From Candidatus Muproteobacteria bacterium RIFCSPHIGHO2_12_FULL_60_33 (GTDB taxonomy: Bacteria; Pseudomonadota; Gammaproteobacteria; Acidiferrobacterales; Sulfurifustaceae), in contig MFTB01000014.1 in the NCBI GenBank assembly GCA_001785195.1, forward strand, positions 1 through 61,338: DNA of 61,338 nucleotides, read 5' to 3'. Below are positions 53,769-61,338 of the stretch, piece after piece (positions within the stretch are counted from its first letter, which is position 1; each line of letters starts with the position of its first letter). A model generated the notes under the pieces. The model was not told the DNA's origin, did not search any database, and saw nothing but the letters and a program-made list of their open reading frames with translations. Made by a program: the position numbers and the translations under genes.

Positions 53769-54065
53769 ATGTCGCTTGTCAAAAAAATCATTGTTGCCGT
53801 GCTGGTTGCCGGCCTGCTGGGCTGCGCCGGCGCCGGTCAAAAAACCGGTGAGTTTGTTGACGATTCGACCATTACCACCAAGGTCAAAACCAAACTGTTC
53901 AACGATCCGGTCACCAGCGGCTGGAATATTACCGTTGTCACCGATAACGGAATGGTACAGCTGGCCGGATCCGTCAAAACAAGCAAGGAGAGAGACCGCG
54001 CTACCGAAATCGCACGCAGTGTTACCGGCGTGAGGTCGGTCAAGAACAATCTGATTATCAAATAA
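53769..54065 (+). CDS. BON-domain lipoprotein
   Basis: Lipobox LLGC, DDSTITTKVK, GVRSVKNNL. Confidence 0.9.
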   Translation: MSLVKKIIVAVLVAGLLGCAGAGQKTGEFVDDSTITTKVKTKLFNDPVTSGWNITVVTDNGMVQLAGSVKTSKERDRATEIARSVTGVRSVKNNLIIK

Positions 54066-54339
54066 TAACCATCGTGACGATAAGTTTTTGCATAAATCAG
54101 CCATAATCTCCCGCCTCTTGACCCCAGGACCCGCGCCGGTGTGCCCGCAAGGATCGCTTCATCCCGGGAAATAGTCGTGCGGAAAGGGATCCCATCAGCG
54201 AACTCATTGTGGTATAATAATTTTTTTATAAGGCTGCCCGGCGCTGTGGGGCTGCCTGTTTTGCTGCATTTCCCTGTTGGAAACACTTTTAACTAACCCT
54301 TCCGCAGTTTTACCGCGGAATATGCCCTTGGTCCCGACA

Positions 54340-54627
54340 ATGACTGACACGACCGCTACTGCAAAAGCCAGCCACCCCTCCATGCCGCGCCCGTTCAAGG
54401 TGGCGCGTGTGGAAAAAACCGACGCCCCGGACGGGGGTCAGGGACAGGATTGGTACCGCTATGTGCTTGAAAGCGGCCGCTCCACCATCACCGGACAGCG
54501 TTGCGGATCGCGCAAGGACGTGCTTGCCTACGCCACGCAGTGCGCCGAGCAGCTGAACACCCGTGGACTGACGGGGCAATCCATCTGGAGCCCGCGCGGC
54601 CGCAAGCCCGCGGCAGCATCCACTTAA
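54340..54627 (+). CDS. Hypothetical protein
   Basis: 95 aa with host-like codon usage, followed by a terminator; start uncertain. Confidence 0.6.
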   Translation: MTDTTATAKASHPSMPRPFKVARVEKTDAPDGGQGQDWYRYVLESGRSTITGQRCGSRKDVLAYATQCAEQLNTRGLTGQSIWSPRGRKPAAAST

Positions 54628-54650
54628 GAGAAAACAAACAAAGCCTGCAC

Positions 54651-54687
54651 AAACAAAAACCCCGCCAACTGGCGGGGTTTTTGTTTC
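54651..54687. terminator. Bidirectional intrinsic terminator
   Basis: AAACAAAAACCCCGCCA-ac-TGGCGGGGTTTTTGTTT between convergent genes. Confidence 0.88.
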
Positions 54688-54784
54688 AGGCGTCATTCAC
54701 AAAGTTTTACTGGCGCACATCAAACACAGCCCGTGGGTTTCGGCAGACCGCCATACCATGATCGAGTAGCGGTGCGTATGTTTG

Positions 54785-55939
54785 CTAGGCGCCGGCCGTC
54801 TCGTGCTCTTCCTCGACTTGCAGGACCGAATTGAATCCACCGGAATAATTCGACACCTGTTCGGGATTGGAGGGATCCTCCTGCCAGACGCCATCGACGA
54901 TCAAACGATACTCATAAGCCCCCGGCATCAGCATCACGATCTTTTCCACGATGCCATTTTCCGTGCGGGTGACGACGCCCTGATCCGGCCGCCAGTCGTT
55001 GAAACTGCCGGCGAGTTTTACATCCCTGCCGGCGAAGTCGTAAATGCGCAGCACCACCTTCTGCTTCCCGCCATGTCCGCCGAGTCGCGACCGGGCCCCT
55101 TCGAATACGCGCTTCATGGCGGTAAGGCGCGGCCGGGCCTCGCTCTCGCTTTCAGCTTCTGTTTTGCCAACAGCCACGACATTTTCCTGTAACGCCGACA
55201 TCAGCTCATTCGCCAGACGATCGTACTGCACAGCGACGGTTGAAGTGGGGTCATAAGCGATGATCGGCACGCCCTGGCGCACGGCCTCTTTCAGGCGCAC
55301 CGTGAACTGCACCATCACGGACAACACATCGTCGGCGAAGCGCTCCCCCACCTCGTGCAGGAATTGCCGGCACAGGCGCGTGCGGCTGTCGACCAGTGTC
55401 GGCAACACGCGGATCGGGATGTCACGCCCATGACGTTCGCCCAACTGATGGATGATTTCGTACATCCGGTCGATGCCGTGCATGCCAAACAGGCTCATCT
55501 CGATAGGGATCAGCACCAAATCGGCCGCCGTCAGCGCATTGAAGCAGAGCAACCCCATCGAGGGCGGGCAGTCGATAACGATGTAATCGTAGCGCTCGCG
55601 GATCGACGCCAGATGCTTCTCAAGCTGAATGTCACGCTCGTCGCTTCGAACCGGCAGATGTTCCGCTGCGGCGAGCATCTTGGTCGCCGGGGCCACGTCC
55701 ACGCCGGTAAAAACATTGGGCAGAATAATATCTTCGAGCTTGATCTCGCCGGTTAAGACATCATACAGATCGCGCGCGTCCTCGTTGAATACCCCGAATC
55801 CCAGCGAGGAGTGGCCCTGCGGGTCCAGGTCCAGCAACAATACCCGCTGCTCTTTTTTTCCGAGACAGGCAGCGAGATTGATGGCGGTAGTGGTTTTCCC
55901 GCAACCGCCTTTCTGATTGGCAACGGTAATGATCTTCAT
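54785..55939 (-). CDS. ParA/Soj-family ATPase fused to a C-terminal glycogen-binding (CBM48/AMPK1_CBM-like) domain
   Basis: NQKGGCGKTT, DLDPQG, IDCPPS; C-terminus VKLAGSFNDW...PGAYEYRLIVDGVWQEDPSNP...GGFNSV; GGAGGT RBS. Confidence 0.88.
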   Translation of the reverse strand: MKIITVANQKGGCGKTTTAINLAACLGKKEQRVLLLDLDPQGHSSLGFGVFNEDARDLYDVLTGEIKLEDIILPNVFTGVDVAPATKMLAAAEHLPVRSDERDIQLEKHLASIRERYDYIVIDCPPSMGLLCFNALTAADLVLIPIEMSLFGMHGIDRMYEIIHQLGERHGRDIPIRVLPTLVDSRTRLCRQFLHEVGERFADDVLSVMVQFTVRLKEAVRQGVPIIAYDPTSTVAVQYDRLANELMSALQENVVAVGKTEAESESEARPRLTAMKRVFEGARSRLGGHGGKQKVVLRIYDFAGRDVKLAGSFNDWRPDQGVVTRTENGIVEKIVMLMPGAYEYRLIVDGVWQEDPSNPEQVSNYSGGFNSVLQVEEEHETAGA

Positions 55940-55968
55940 AGGACAGACACCTCCGGCTTTCGGCCAAT

Positions 55969-55997
55969 AAAAAAAGGGGGCGATGATTCGCCCCCTT
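55969..55997 (-). terminator. Intrinsic terminator ~30 nt upstream of the parA-CBM start
   Basis: Minus strand AAGGGGGCGA-atca-TCGCCCCC followed by T7. Confidence 0.75.
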
Positions 55998-56159
55998 GGT
56001 TTTGATCCCGGTCTTGATCCGGATTTCGCTGCCAAGGTATAACGCCAGGCAGTTCGGATTGACGTGATATCGGATGCAATAACCCTCTCCCGGCAGATTC
56101 CCCAGGACGACGGCTACTTGAGGGTTTGGAAAAAATGACGAAATGAAAAAAGCGGGAAG

Positions 56160-56310
56160 GATATCGCTCTTGCAAGGAGCGTAACGGAGTAACCGGATCG
56201 GCTACGTGGCGGTGAATACGCCACCTCCCCGTTGTGCGGGACGCACTGGTGATGCTGTGGGCGAGCCCGAGTTGGTCAATCCGTTGAACCTCCAAGGGAG
56301 CAATCGCAGG
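56160..56310 (-). ncRNA. Structured ncRNA candidate, gamma-150-motif-like
   Basis: Long imperfect rod whose mismatches read as G-U on the minus strand; internal GTGGCG/CGCCAC hairpin; downstream U-tract. Family name is from recall only. Confidence 0.55.
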
Positions 56311-56432
56311 AAAGTTTATGGACTCACTGCCAAAAGTCAAGAAATACCAGCGCCTGCAACGAGAAGCTAAAGTGCGGAGCGAAATCGATTCACGCGCCCG
56401 CCGGCCGTTTTCGTAGGCGCGACGCGGATTTT

Positions 56433-57071
56433 TCATCCCGCCATCGCGCCCGCCAACCAATTGTCGATGGCCGGCTGCAGCTCCCCGAACGGACGGTAGC
56501 CATGGGTCAGGAGCGCGCCAGTGGTTCCGTTTTGCAGAACCACGGTCGGGAATCCGCGCACCCCGGATTGGCGGGCGATCTGGAAATGCGTCTGTGTCTT
56601 TTTTCTGATGTCATCGGAACGGAATCGATCGAGGAACACTGCACTCTCTATATTATGATGCTCCGCCAAGGCCGCCAGCGTATCAGGCTGGGTGACATTC
56701 TGCCCGCGCGCGTAAAACGCCTCCTGTACCGATTTGAAATAAGGAAAGATGGCTTCGGGGTTGATGTCGGCCACGGCAATCACCGCGCGGCTGGGCGGCT
56801 CGGTGTCGTAGACAAACCCCTCGGGCATCGCGCCCTCGAAGGCGAAGGGCTGGCCCGTCATGCGGTGTACATCCTGCCAGTGGTGCAGAATCTCTTCGCG
56901 CGATTTTGGTGTCATGGGCTCGGTCGTCCCCGGCCGCAGACCGCCCAGCATCAGGGCAATCTTCACGCGATCCGAATAGGCCTCCTTGATGGCGCTGATC
57001 ACGGGCGCAAAACCCCAGCACCATGAGCACATGGGATCGGCGAAGTACCACAGAATCCGTTGCGGTGTCAT
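56433..57071 (-). CDS. DsbA-family thioredoxin-fold protein
   Basis: YFADPMCSWCWGF, GVRGFPT. Confidence 0.9.
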   Translation of the reverse strand: MTPQRILWYFADPMCSWCWGFAPVISAIKEAYSDRVKIALMLGGLRPGTTEPMTPKSREEILHHWQDVHRMTGQPFAFEGAMPEGFVYDTEPPSRAVIAVADINPEAIFPYFKSVQEAFYARGQNVTQPDTLAALAEHHNIESAVFLDRFRSDDIRKKTQTHFQIARQSGVRGFPTVVLQNGTTGALLTHGYRPFGELQPAIDNWLAGAMAG

Positions 57072-57108
57072 CGTGGTCGCTTACTTCAGAACTCCAACAA
57101 GATAAATG

Positions 57109-57319
57109 GACAGGATTAACAGGATTTACAGGATTAATGAATTTAGGGAAAGTCTGATTTATTAGTTTTCAACGCAGAGACGCGGAGAACGCAGAGTATT
57201 TCCTCGTTAAAAATCTCCCCTGAATTTTCTCTGCGTCTCTGCGCCTTTGCGTTGAGTAGTTCATTAATCAGAGAATCCCTAGTGTAATAAAAATCAATGT
57301 TAATCCTGTGAATCCTGTC
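57109..57319. repeat. Nested repeat elements: ACAGGATTT-type outer element containing a MITE
   Basis: Outer arms 57109-57137 and 57300-57319; inner element 57144-57281 with termini TAGGGAAAGTCTGA / TCAGAGAATCCCTA. Confidence 0.85.
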
Positions 57320-57338
57320 TGATCCTTCTTTTTTGTGG

Positions 57339-57959
57339 TTATCGGAGATATTTCCAGTCACGGAACATCACTGCCTGACCAGCCGGTGCGCCATGCGTAT
57401 CAATAACGTTCCACACCGTGGCGCGCTGGATACGGAAGCGCCGACCGGTGGCGGAGATGCGAATACCGCTGTAATCGTCAATGAAGCCACGGCGATTCAC
57501 GCGCTCCAGCAAGTGTGCGCGCTGCTCGCGTTCCATCGGTTCCGCCGACAGGCGCGAGGGCATGGAGGTAAAATCCGACCAGCCGGTTTCGAACAGCCCG
57601 AGCGCCGCGCGATTGGCGTAATTAAATACCGGATCGGTCTCAACGCCATGCGAAGCCACTATGAACGATGCTTCGTAAAGTGCCCGCGCTTGCTCCGCCG
57701 CTGACAAGCCGGGATCGACCAGATCGCGCCCGGTCCAATGGCGGTAACTGCCTGTCAGCAGACGTGCGTGCCCTGCCAGAAAATGGTTAGTCTCATCGGG
57801 CGCGCCGATTTGTTCGCGCCGGTTCTGTCCGCGATCGTTCCGTGATTTACCGATTTCGTCCTTGCCCTGTTTCGGGATGCGCTGGCGCCACAGCCAATAC
57901 AGCGCCAGACCGGTGAGCGCAACATTCAGGACAATTCCGATCGCGAAAAAGGTGGTCAT
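57339..57959 (-). CDS. MEKHLA-domain protein with an N-terminal TM segment
   Basis: SHG...DPVFNYANRAAL, PSRLSAE, YSGIRISATGRRF, GQAVMF. Confidence 0.85.
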   Translation of the reverse strand: MTTFFAIGIVLNVALTGLALYWLWRQRIPKQGKDEIGKSRNDRGQNRREQIGAPDETNHFLAGHARLLTGSYRHWTGRDLVDPGLSAAEQARALYEASFIVASHGVETDPVFNYANRAALGLFETGWSDFTSMPSRLSAEPMEREQRAHLLERVNRRGFIDDYSGIRISATGRRFRIQRATVWNVIDTHGAPAGQAVMFRDWKYLR

Positions 57960-58043
57960 GGTTCACAGGCCGGGGCGCTATATCGTCTGTCTCGCTGCGA
58001 TTGCTTCCATTATTGAGCATTACGTAATTACTTGATGCATGTT

Positions 58044-58123
58044 GTAGCCCGATGCAGGCCCGCAGGGCCGGAGTCCGGGATTTTGCCGGGTTTCCCCGGA
58101 TTCCGCTTCGCTTCATCCGGGCT
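58044..58123. repeat. Degenerate GTAG-type REP doublet
   Basis: GTAGCCCGATGCAG...GTCCGGG and CCCGGATT...TTCATCCGGGCT. Confidence 0.6.
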
Positions 58124-58267
58124 GTTCCTTGTAAAGGATTTCCGTAAACATCAATAATGGAAAAATCCTGGCATAAAGGTTTGAGCGGACGGTTGCCGAC
58201 ACCCAACGGGTACTGTTCTTATGGTGTCAAACCAGCCCCCCTGCCATCGTTTTCCGGGCTGTTTGCG

Positions 58268-59149
58268 CTATTTACCGCCACCCTTAAGGCTCAAGGCGTA
58301 TTCGTACAACCGGTTTTTCTTGAGGCCGGTGATTCTCGCGGCCAGCGCCGCCGCCTGGCTCACGGGCAGTTCGTCGAGCAGTATCTTGAGCACACGCTCG
58401 GCCTCCCCATCCACGGCCTCACGTTCCACGCGCGGCACGCCATGAATGAGGATTACAAACTCGCCGAGCTGCTGGTGGGGATCGCGGTTGACCCATTCGG
58501 ACAGTTCCGTCAACGTGCCGTTACGCACGGTTTCGAACTGCTTGGTCAGTTCGCGCGCCAGCACCGCCTCGCGTTCGGGTCCGAAAATCTCGGTCATCTC
58601 CTTGAGGCTTTCGAGGATGCGGTGCGGACTTTCATAAAAAATGAGCGTGCGGCTTTCCTCGCACAGCTTTTCATACGCGGCGCGGCGCGCGGCGGATTTG
58701 GGCGGCGGGAACCCTTCAAAAACAAAACGGTCGGAAGGAAGGCCGGCGGCCGACAGCGCCGCGATCGCCGCGCAGGCACCGGGCACGGGTATCACGGTGA
58801 GGCCCGCCTGTCGGGCGGATCGCACCAGATGAAAGCCCGGGTCGCTCACGAGCGGGGTACCCGCATCGGTGATAAATGCGATAGACTTACCGGCCTTCAG
58901 GATTTCGATGAGTCGGGGAACCTGGCTGCGCTCGTTATGCTCATGGATGGCTTCCGTTTTCGTATCAATGCCGAAATGCTTGAGAAGCTTGCCGCTGTGG
59001 CGCGTGTCCTCGGCGGCGATGAGATCCACTTCCGACAGGACGCGCACCGCCCGCGGCGTCATGTCTTCGAGATTGCCGATCGGCGTGGCCACCACGTAGA
59101 GCGTGCCTGCGTTTGACACTGATTTCCCCGATTCGATACTTTCGCGCAT
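58268..59149 (-). CDS. rsmI: 16S rRNA Cm1402 methyltransferase
   Basis: LYVVATPIGNLED, AEDTR, DAGTPLVSDPG, YESPHR, RELTK. Confidence 0.97.
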   Translation of the reverse strand: MRESIESGKSVSNAGTLYVVATPIGNLEDMTPRAVRVLSEVDLIAAEDTRHSGKLLKHFGIDTKTEAIHEHNERSQVPRLIEILKAGKSIAFITDAGTPLVSDPGFHLVRSARQAGLTVIPVPGACAAIAALSAAGLPSDRFVFEGFPPPKSAARRAAYEKLCEESRTLIFYESPHRILESLKEMTEIFGPEREAVLARELTKQFETVRNGTLTELSEWVNRDPHQQLGEFVILIHGVPRVEREAVDGEAERVLKILLDELPVSQAAALAARITGLKKNRLYEYALSLKGGGK

Positions 59150-59166
59150 TCTAAACAGGAAACCGC

Positions 59167-61092
59167 ATGAAACCCATCCGCTGGCTGGCGATTCCTATAA
59201 TATGTGCGGCGATCCTCGCCGGCTGCGAGACCGTGCCAGTGGCGCCCACGGCGTTGCCGCCGGTCAGCGCGGACACCGCGGAAAAGGCCGAGCGCGACGG
59301 CGAATACCTGCTGGCCGCGCGCGAGTACACGCGCCTCGCCGAGACCGCCGCCTCGCCCCGGAAACAGGACTACGAGCTTCGCGCCGTGTCCACGCTTCTC
59401 AAGGCCGGGCAACTGCGCGAGGCGCGGTCGCAAATCGAGCCGATCAATGTCACGCCGCTGGATGCCACGTTCAACGCGCGTAAACGCATTCTGCAGGCGC
59501 GCATCCTGATCACCGAGGGCGCGCACGAACAAGCCATCCGCCAGCTGGACGAAGCCGGCCGCCTGCGCAATCTCAGCCCGGCCCTGCTGTCCGAGATCAA
59601 CAGCGTACGCGCGCAGTCCGAGCTGGCGCTCGACAACCCCATCGGCGCGGTACGCAATCTCATCGGCCGCGAGCAGTATATCGTCGGCAAAGAGGCGGTC
59701 ACCGAAAATCAGCAGCAGATGTGGAAAATCCTGGTGTCGTTGCCGCGGGCGCGGCTCGCCACCGAGCTCAACATAGCGCGCGACCCGGTGCTGTCCGGCT
59801 GGGTCGAGCTGGCCCTGATTGCAGTGGAGAACGCCGGCCAGCCGCTGCGGATGAACGCCGCTGTCGAACACTGGAAAAAGGCCCATCCGAACCACCCCGC
59901 GGGAGAAGCAGTGCTCGGCGCGCTGATCAGCCAGGCGCCCGGCATGATCGGCCGCATCGATCGCATCGCGCTGCTGCTGCCATTGTCCTCCGGTTACGCC
60001 GCCGCGGCACAGGCGGTGCGTGACGGATTCCTGGCCATGGATGCCGCCAACACCGATCCGGATAAACCCAAGATCAAAATCTACGATACCGGACCGGATC
60101 CGTTAAAGTCGCATGATTTCTATGAACAGGCCGTCAACGACGGCGCGCAGTTTATCGTCGGTCCCCTCGGGCGCGAGGCCGCGGAAACCATCATGCGCCT
60201 GGCCAGCTTCCGGGTGCCGACGCTGATGCTGAGCCATACCGACGACGAACCGGGCTCGACATCGAAATATCTTTTCCAGTTCGGCCTGCCGCCGGAACAG
60301 GAAGCGCGGCAAGTGGCCGAACGCGCCTGGCTCGACGGGCACCGCCAGGCGGCCGTGCTTTATCCGAAGACGCCGTGGGGCGAGCGCATGATGACGGCGT
60401 GGTCCAGTCACTGGCAGCGCCTCGGCGGCGTGGTGGTCGCCAGCCAGTCCTACAGCGAGGAGGACGTCGACTTTTCCGAGCCGATCAAGAACCTGCTCAA
60501 CATCGCCCAGAGCGAGGCGCGCAAGGAGCTGATCGAAAAAACGATCGGACAGAAGTTGCGGTTCGAATCGCGCGCGCGGCAGGACATTGACTTCATTTTC
60601 CTCGCCTCCGACGCCAAGCACGGACGGCTGATCAAGCCGCAGCTCAATTTCTATCACGCCGCGCGCGTGCCGGTGTACTCGACCTCGCACATCTTCACCG
60701 GCACAGGCGATGCGATGCGGGACATCGACCTCGACGGCATCCAGTTCGGCGACATGCCGTGGATGCTGGTGGGTGACGGGAAAATCCAGGAGCTGCGACA
60801 GGCACTGCAACGCGATTGGCCCTACGTCCATACCGATCTCGACCGTCTGTACGCGCTCGGCGTCGACAGCTACGCGATTCTGCCGCACCTGAACCGCATC
60901 AGCATGGAATCGGGCGCACGTTTCAACGGCGTCACCAGCGGGCTTTCCCTCGACCACAACGGCCGCCTGCAGCGACAACTGCTGTGGGCGCGGTTCAGTC
61001 GGGGCGTGCCGCGGCTGGTCGATACCTTCCTCAAGCACCAGGACCAGTTCAAGATCCAATCTAATGACGAGACGAACGAGCGAAGCGAGTAG
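59167..61092 (+). CDS. lpoA: PBP activator lipoprotein LpoA/LppC
   Basis: Lipobox LAGC, TPR-like N-domain, IALLLPLS, RLYALGVD; rsmI-lpoA-yraN synteny. Confidence 0.9.
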   Translation: MKPIRWLAIPIICAAILAGCETVPVAPTALPPVSADTAEKAERDGEYLLAAREYTRLAETAASPRKQDYELRAVSTLLKAGQLREARSQIEPINVTPLDATFNARKRILQARILITEGAHEQAIRQLDEAGRLRNLSPALLSEINSVRAQSELALDNPIGAVRNLIGREQYIVGKEAVTENQQQMWKILVSLPRARLATELNIARDPVLSGWVELALIAVENAGQPLRMNAAVEHWKKAHPNHPAGEAVLGALISQAPGMIGRIDRIALLLPLSSGYAAAAQAVRDGFLAMDAANTDPDKPKIKIYDTGPDPLKSHDFYEQAVNDGAQFIVGPLGREAAETIMRLASFRVPTLMLSHTDDEPGSTSKYLFQFGLPPEQEARQVAERAWLDGHRQAAVLYPKTPWGERMMTAWSSHWQRLGGVVVASQSYSEEDVDFSEPIKNLLNIAQSEARKELIEKTIGQKLRFESRARQDIDFIFLASDAKHGRLIKPQLNFYHAARVPVYSTSHIFTGTGDAMRDIDLDGIQFGDMPWMLVGDGKIQELRQALQRDWPYVHTDLDRLYALGVDSYAILPHLNRISMESGARFNGVTSGLSLDHNGRLQRQLLWARFSRGVPRLVDTFLKHQDQFKIQSNDETNERSE

Positions 61093-61106
61093 GGCTACCT
61101 TAAACG

Positions 61107-61338
61107 ATGCAGAATCCCCGGACAAACCTCAACCGCGGTCGTGAGGCGGAGGAGCGCGCCTGCCGCCACCTGCAGCAGCAAGGCCTGGCGCTCGCCGAGC
61201 GCAATTACCGCAGCCCCTTCGGGGAGATCGATCTCGTCATGCAGGAGCGCGATACCCTGGTGTTTGTCGAGGTTCGCTACCGTGCCCGCGGCGATTTCGG
61301 CTCCGCCGCCGAGACCGTGGACGCGCGCAAACAGGCGC
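61107..61338 (+). CDS. yraN: YraN (UPF0102) family protein, truncated by window end
   Basis: GREAEERA...RNYR...GEIDLVM...LVFVEVRYR. Confidence 0.92.
   Translation, partial: MQNPRTNLNRGREAEERACRHLQQQGLALAERNYRSPFGEIDLVMQERDTLVFVEVRYRARGDFGSAAETVDARKQA

Noticed and set aside
54785-55939. Chromosomal or plasmid parAB partition locus
   Set aside because: No parB, parS or rep gene nearby, and the protein has an extra carbohydrate-binding domain.
56100-56380. 6S RNA or CsrB/RsmZ-type sRNA on the plus strand
   Set aside because: The GGA motifs mostly lie in stems, G-U pairing favours the minus strand, and the usual zapA/5-formyl-THF cyclo-ligase context of 6S is absent.

Overview
GC-rich gammaproteobacterial chromosome segment. 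The gene content (DsrC-family protein, rubrerythrin/RFO/DUF3501 cluster) suggests a sulfur-oxidiser such as an Acidiferrobacterales/Sulfuricaulis-like organism; this is inference. Most of it is housekeeping: truA-trpF-trpB-trpA-accD-folC-dedD-cvpA-purF, parE-parC, pilB-pilC-pilD-coaE, the dcw cluster (mraZ to lpxC) then M23-secA-argJ, rnpB, adk, rsmI, lpoA and yraN. There is a ~2.5 kb AT-rich orphan island at 9.4-11.9 kb and an ~8 kb block between rnpB and rsmI. No CRISPR array, transposase, integrase, tRNA or rRNA was seen. The unusual signals are: (1) several families of small palindromic elements sit at gene junctions of core operons, and at five junctions they carry 35-65 aa 'bridge' ORFs that could preserve translational coupling; (2) a 48-bp palindromic element is inserted in frame in murC and, nested inside itself, in ftsQ; (3) a ParA ATPase is fused to a glycogen-binding CBM48/AMPK-type domain and preceded by a structured RNA and an intrinsic terminator; (4) a 17-bp-periodic palindrome array lies upstream of the orphan island. 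Family assignments come from motif recognition only; no searches were run.
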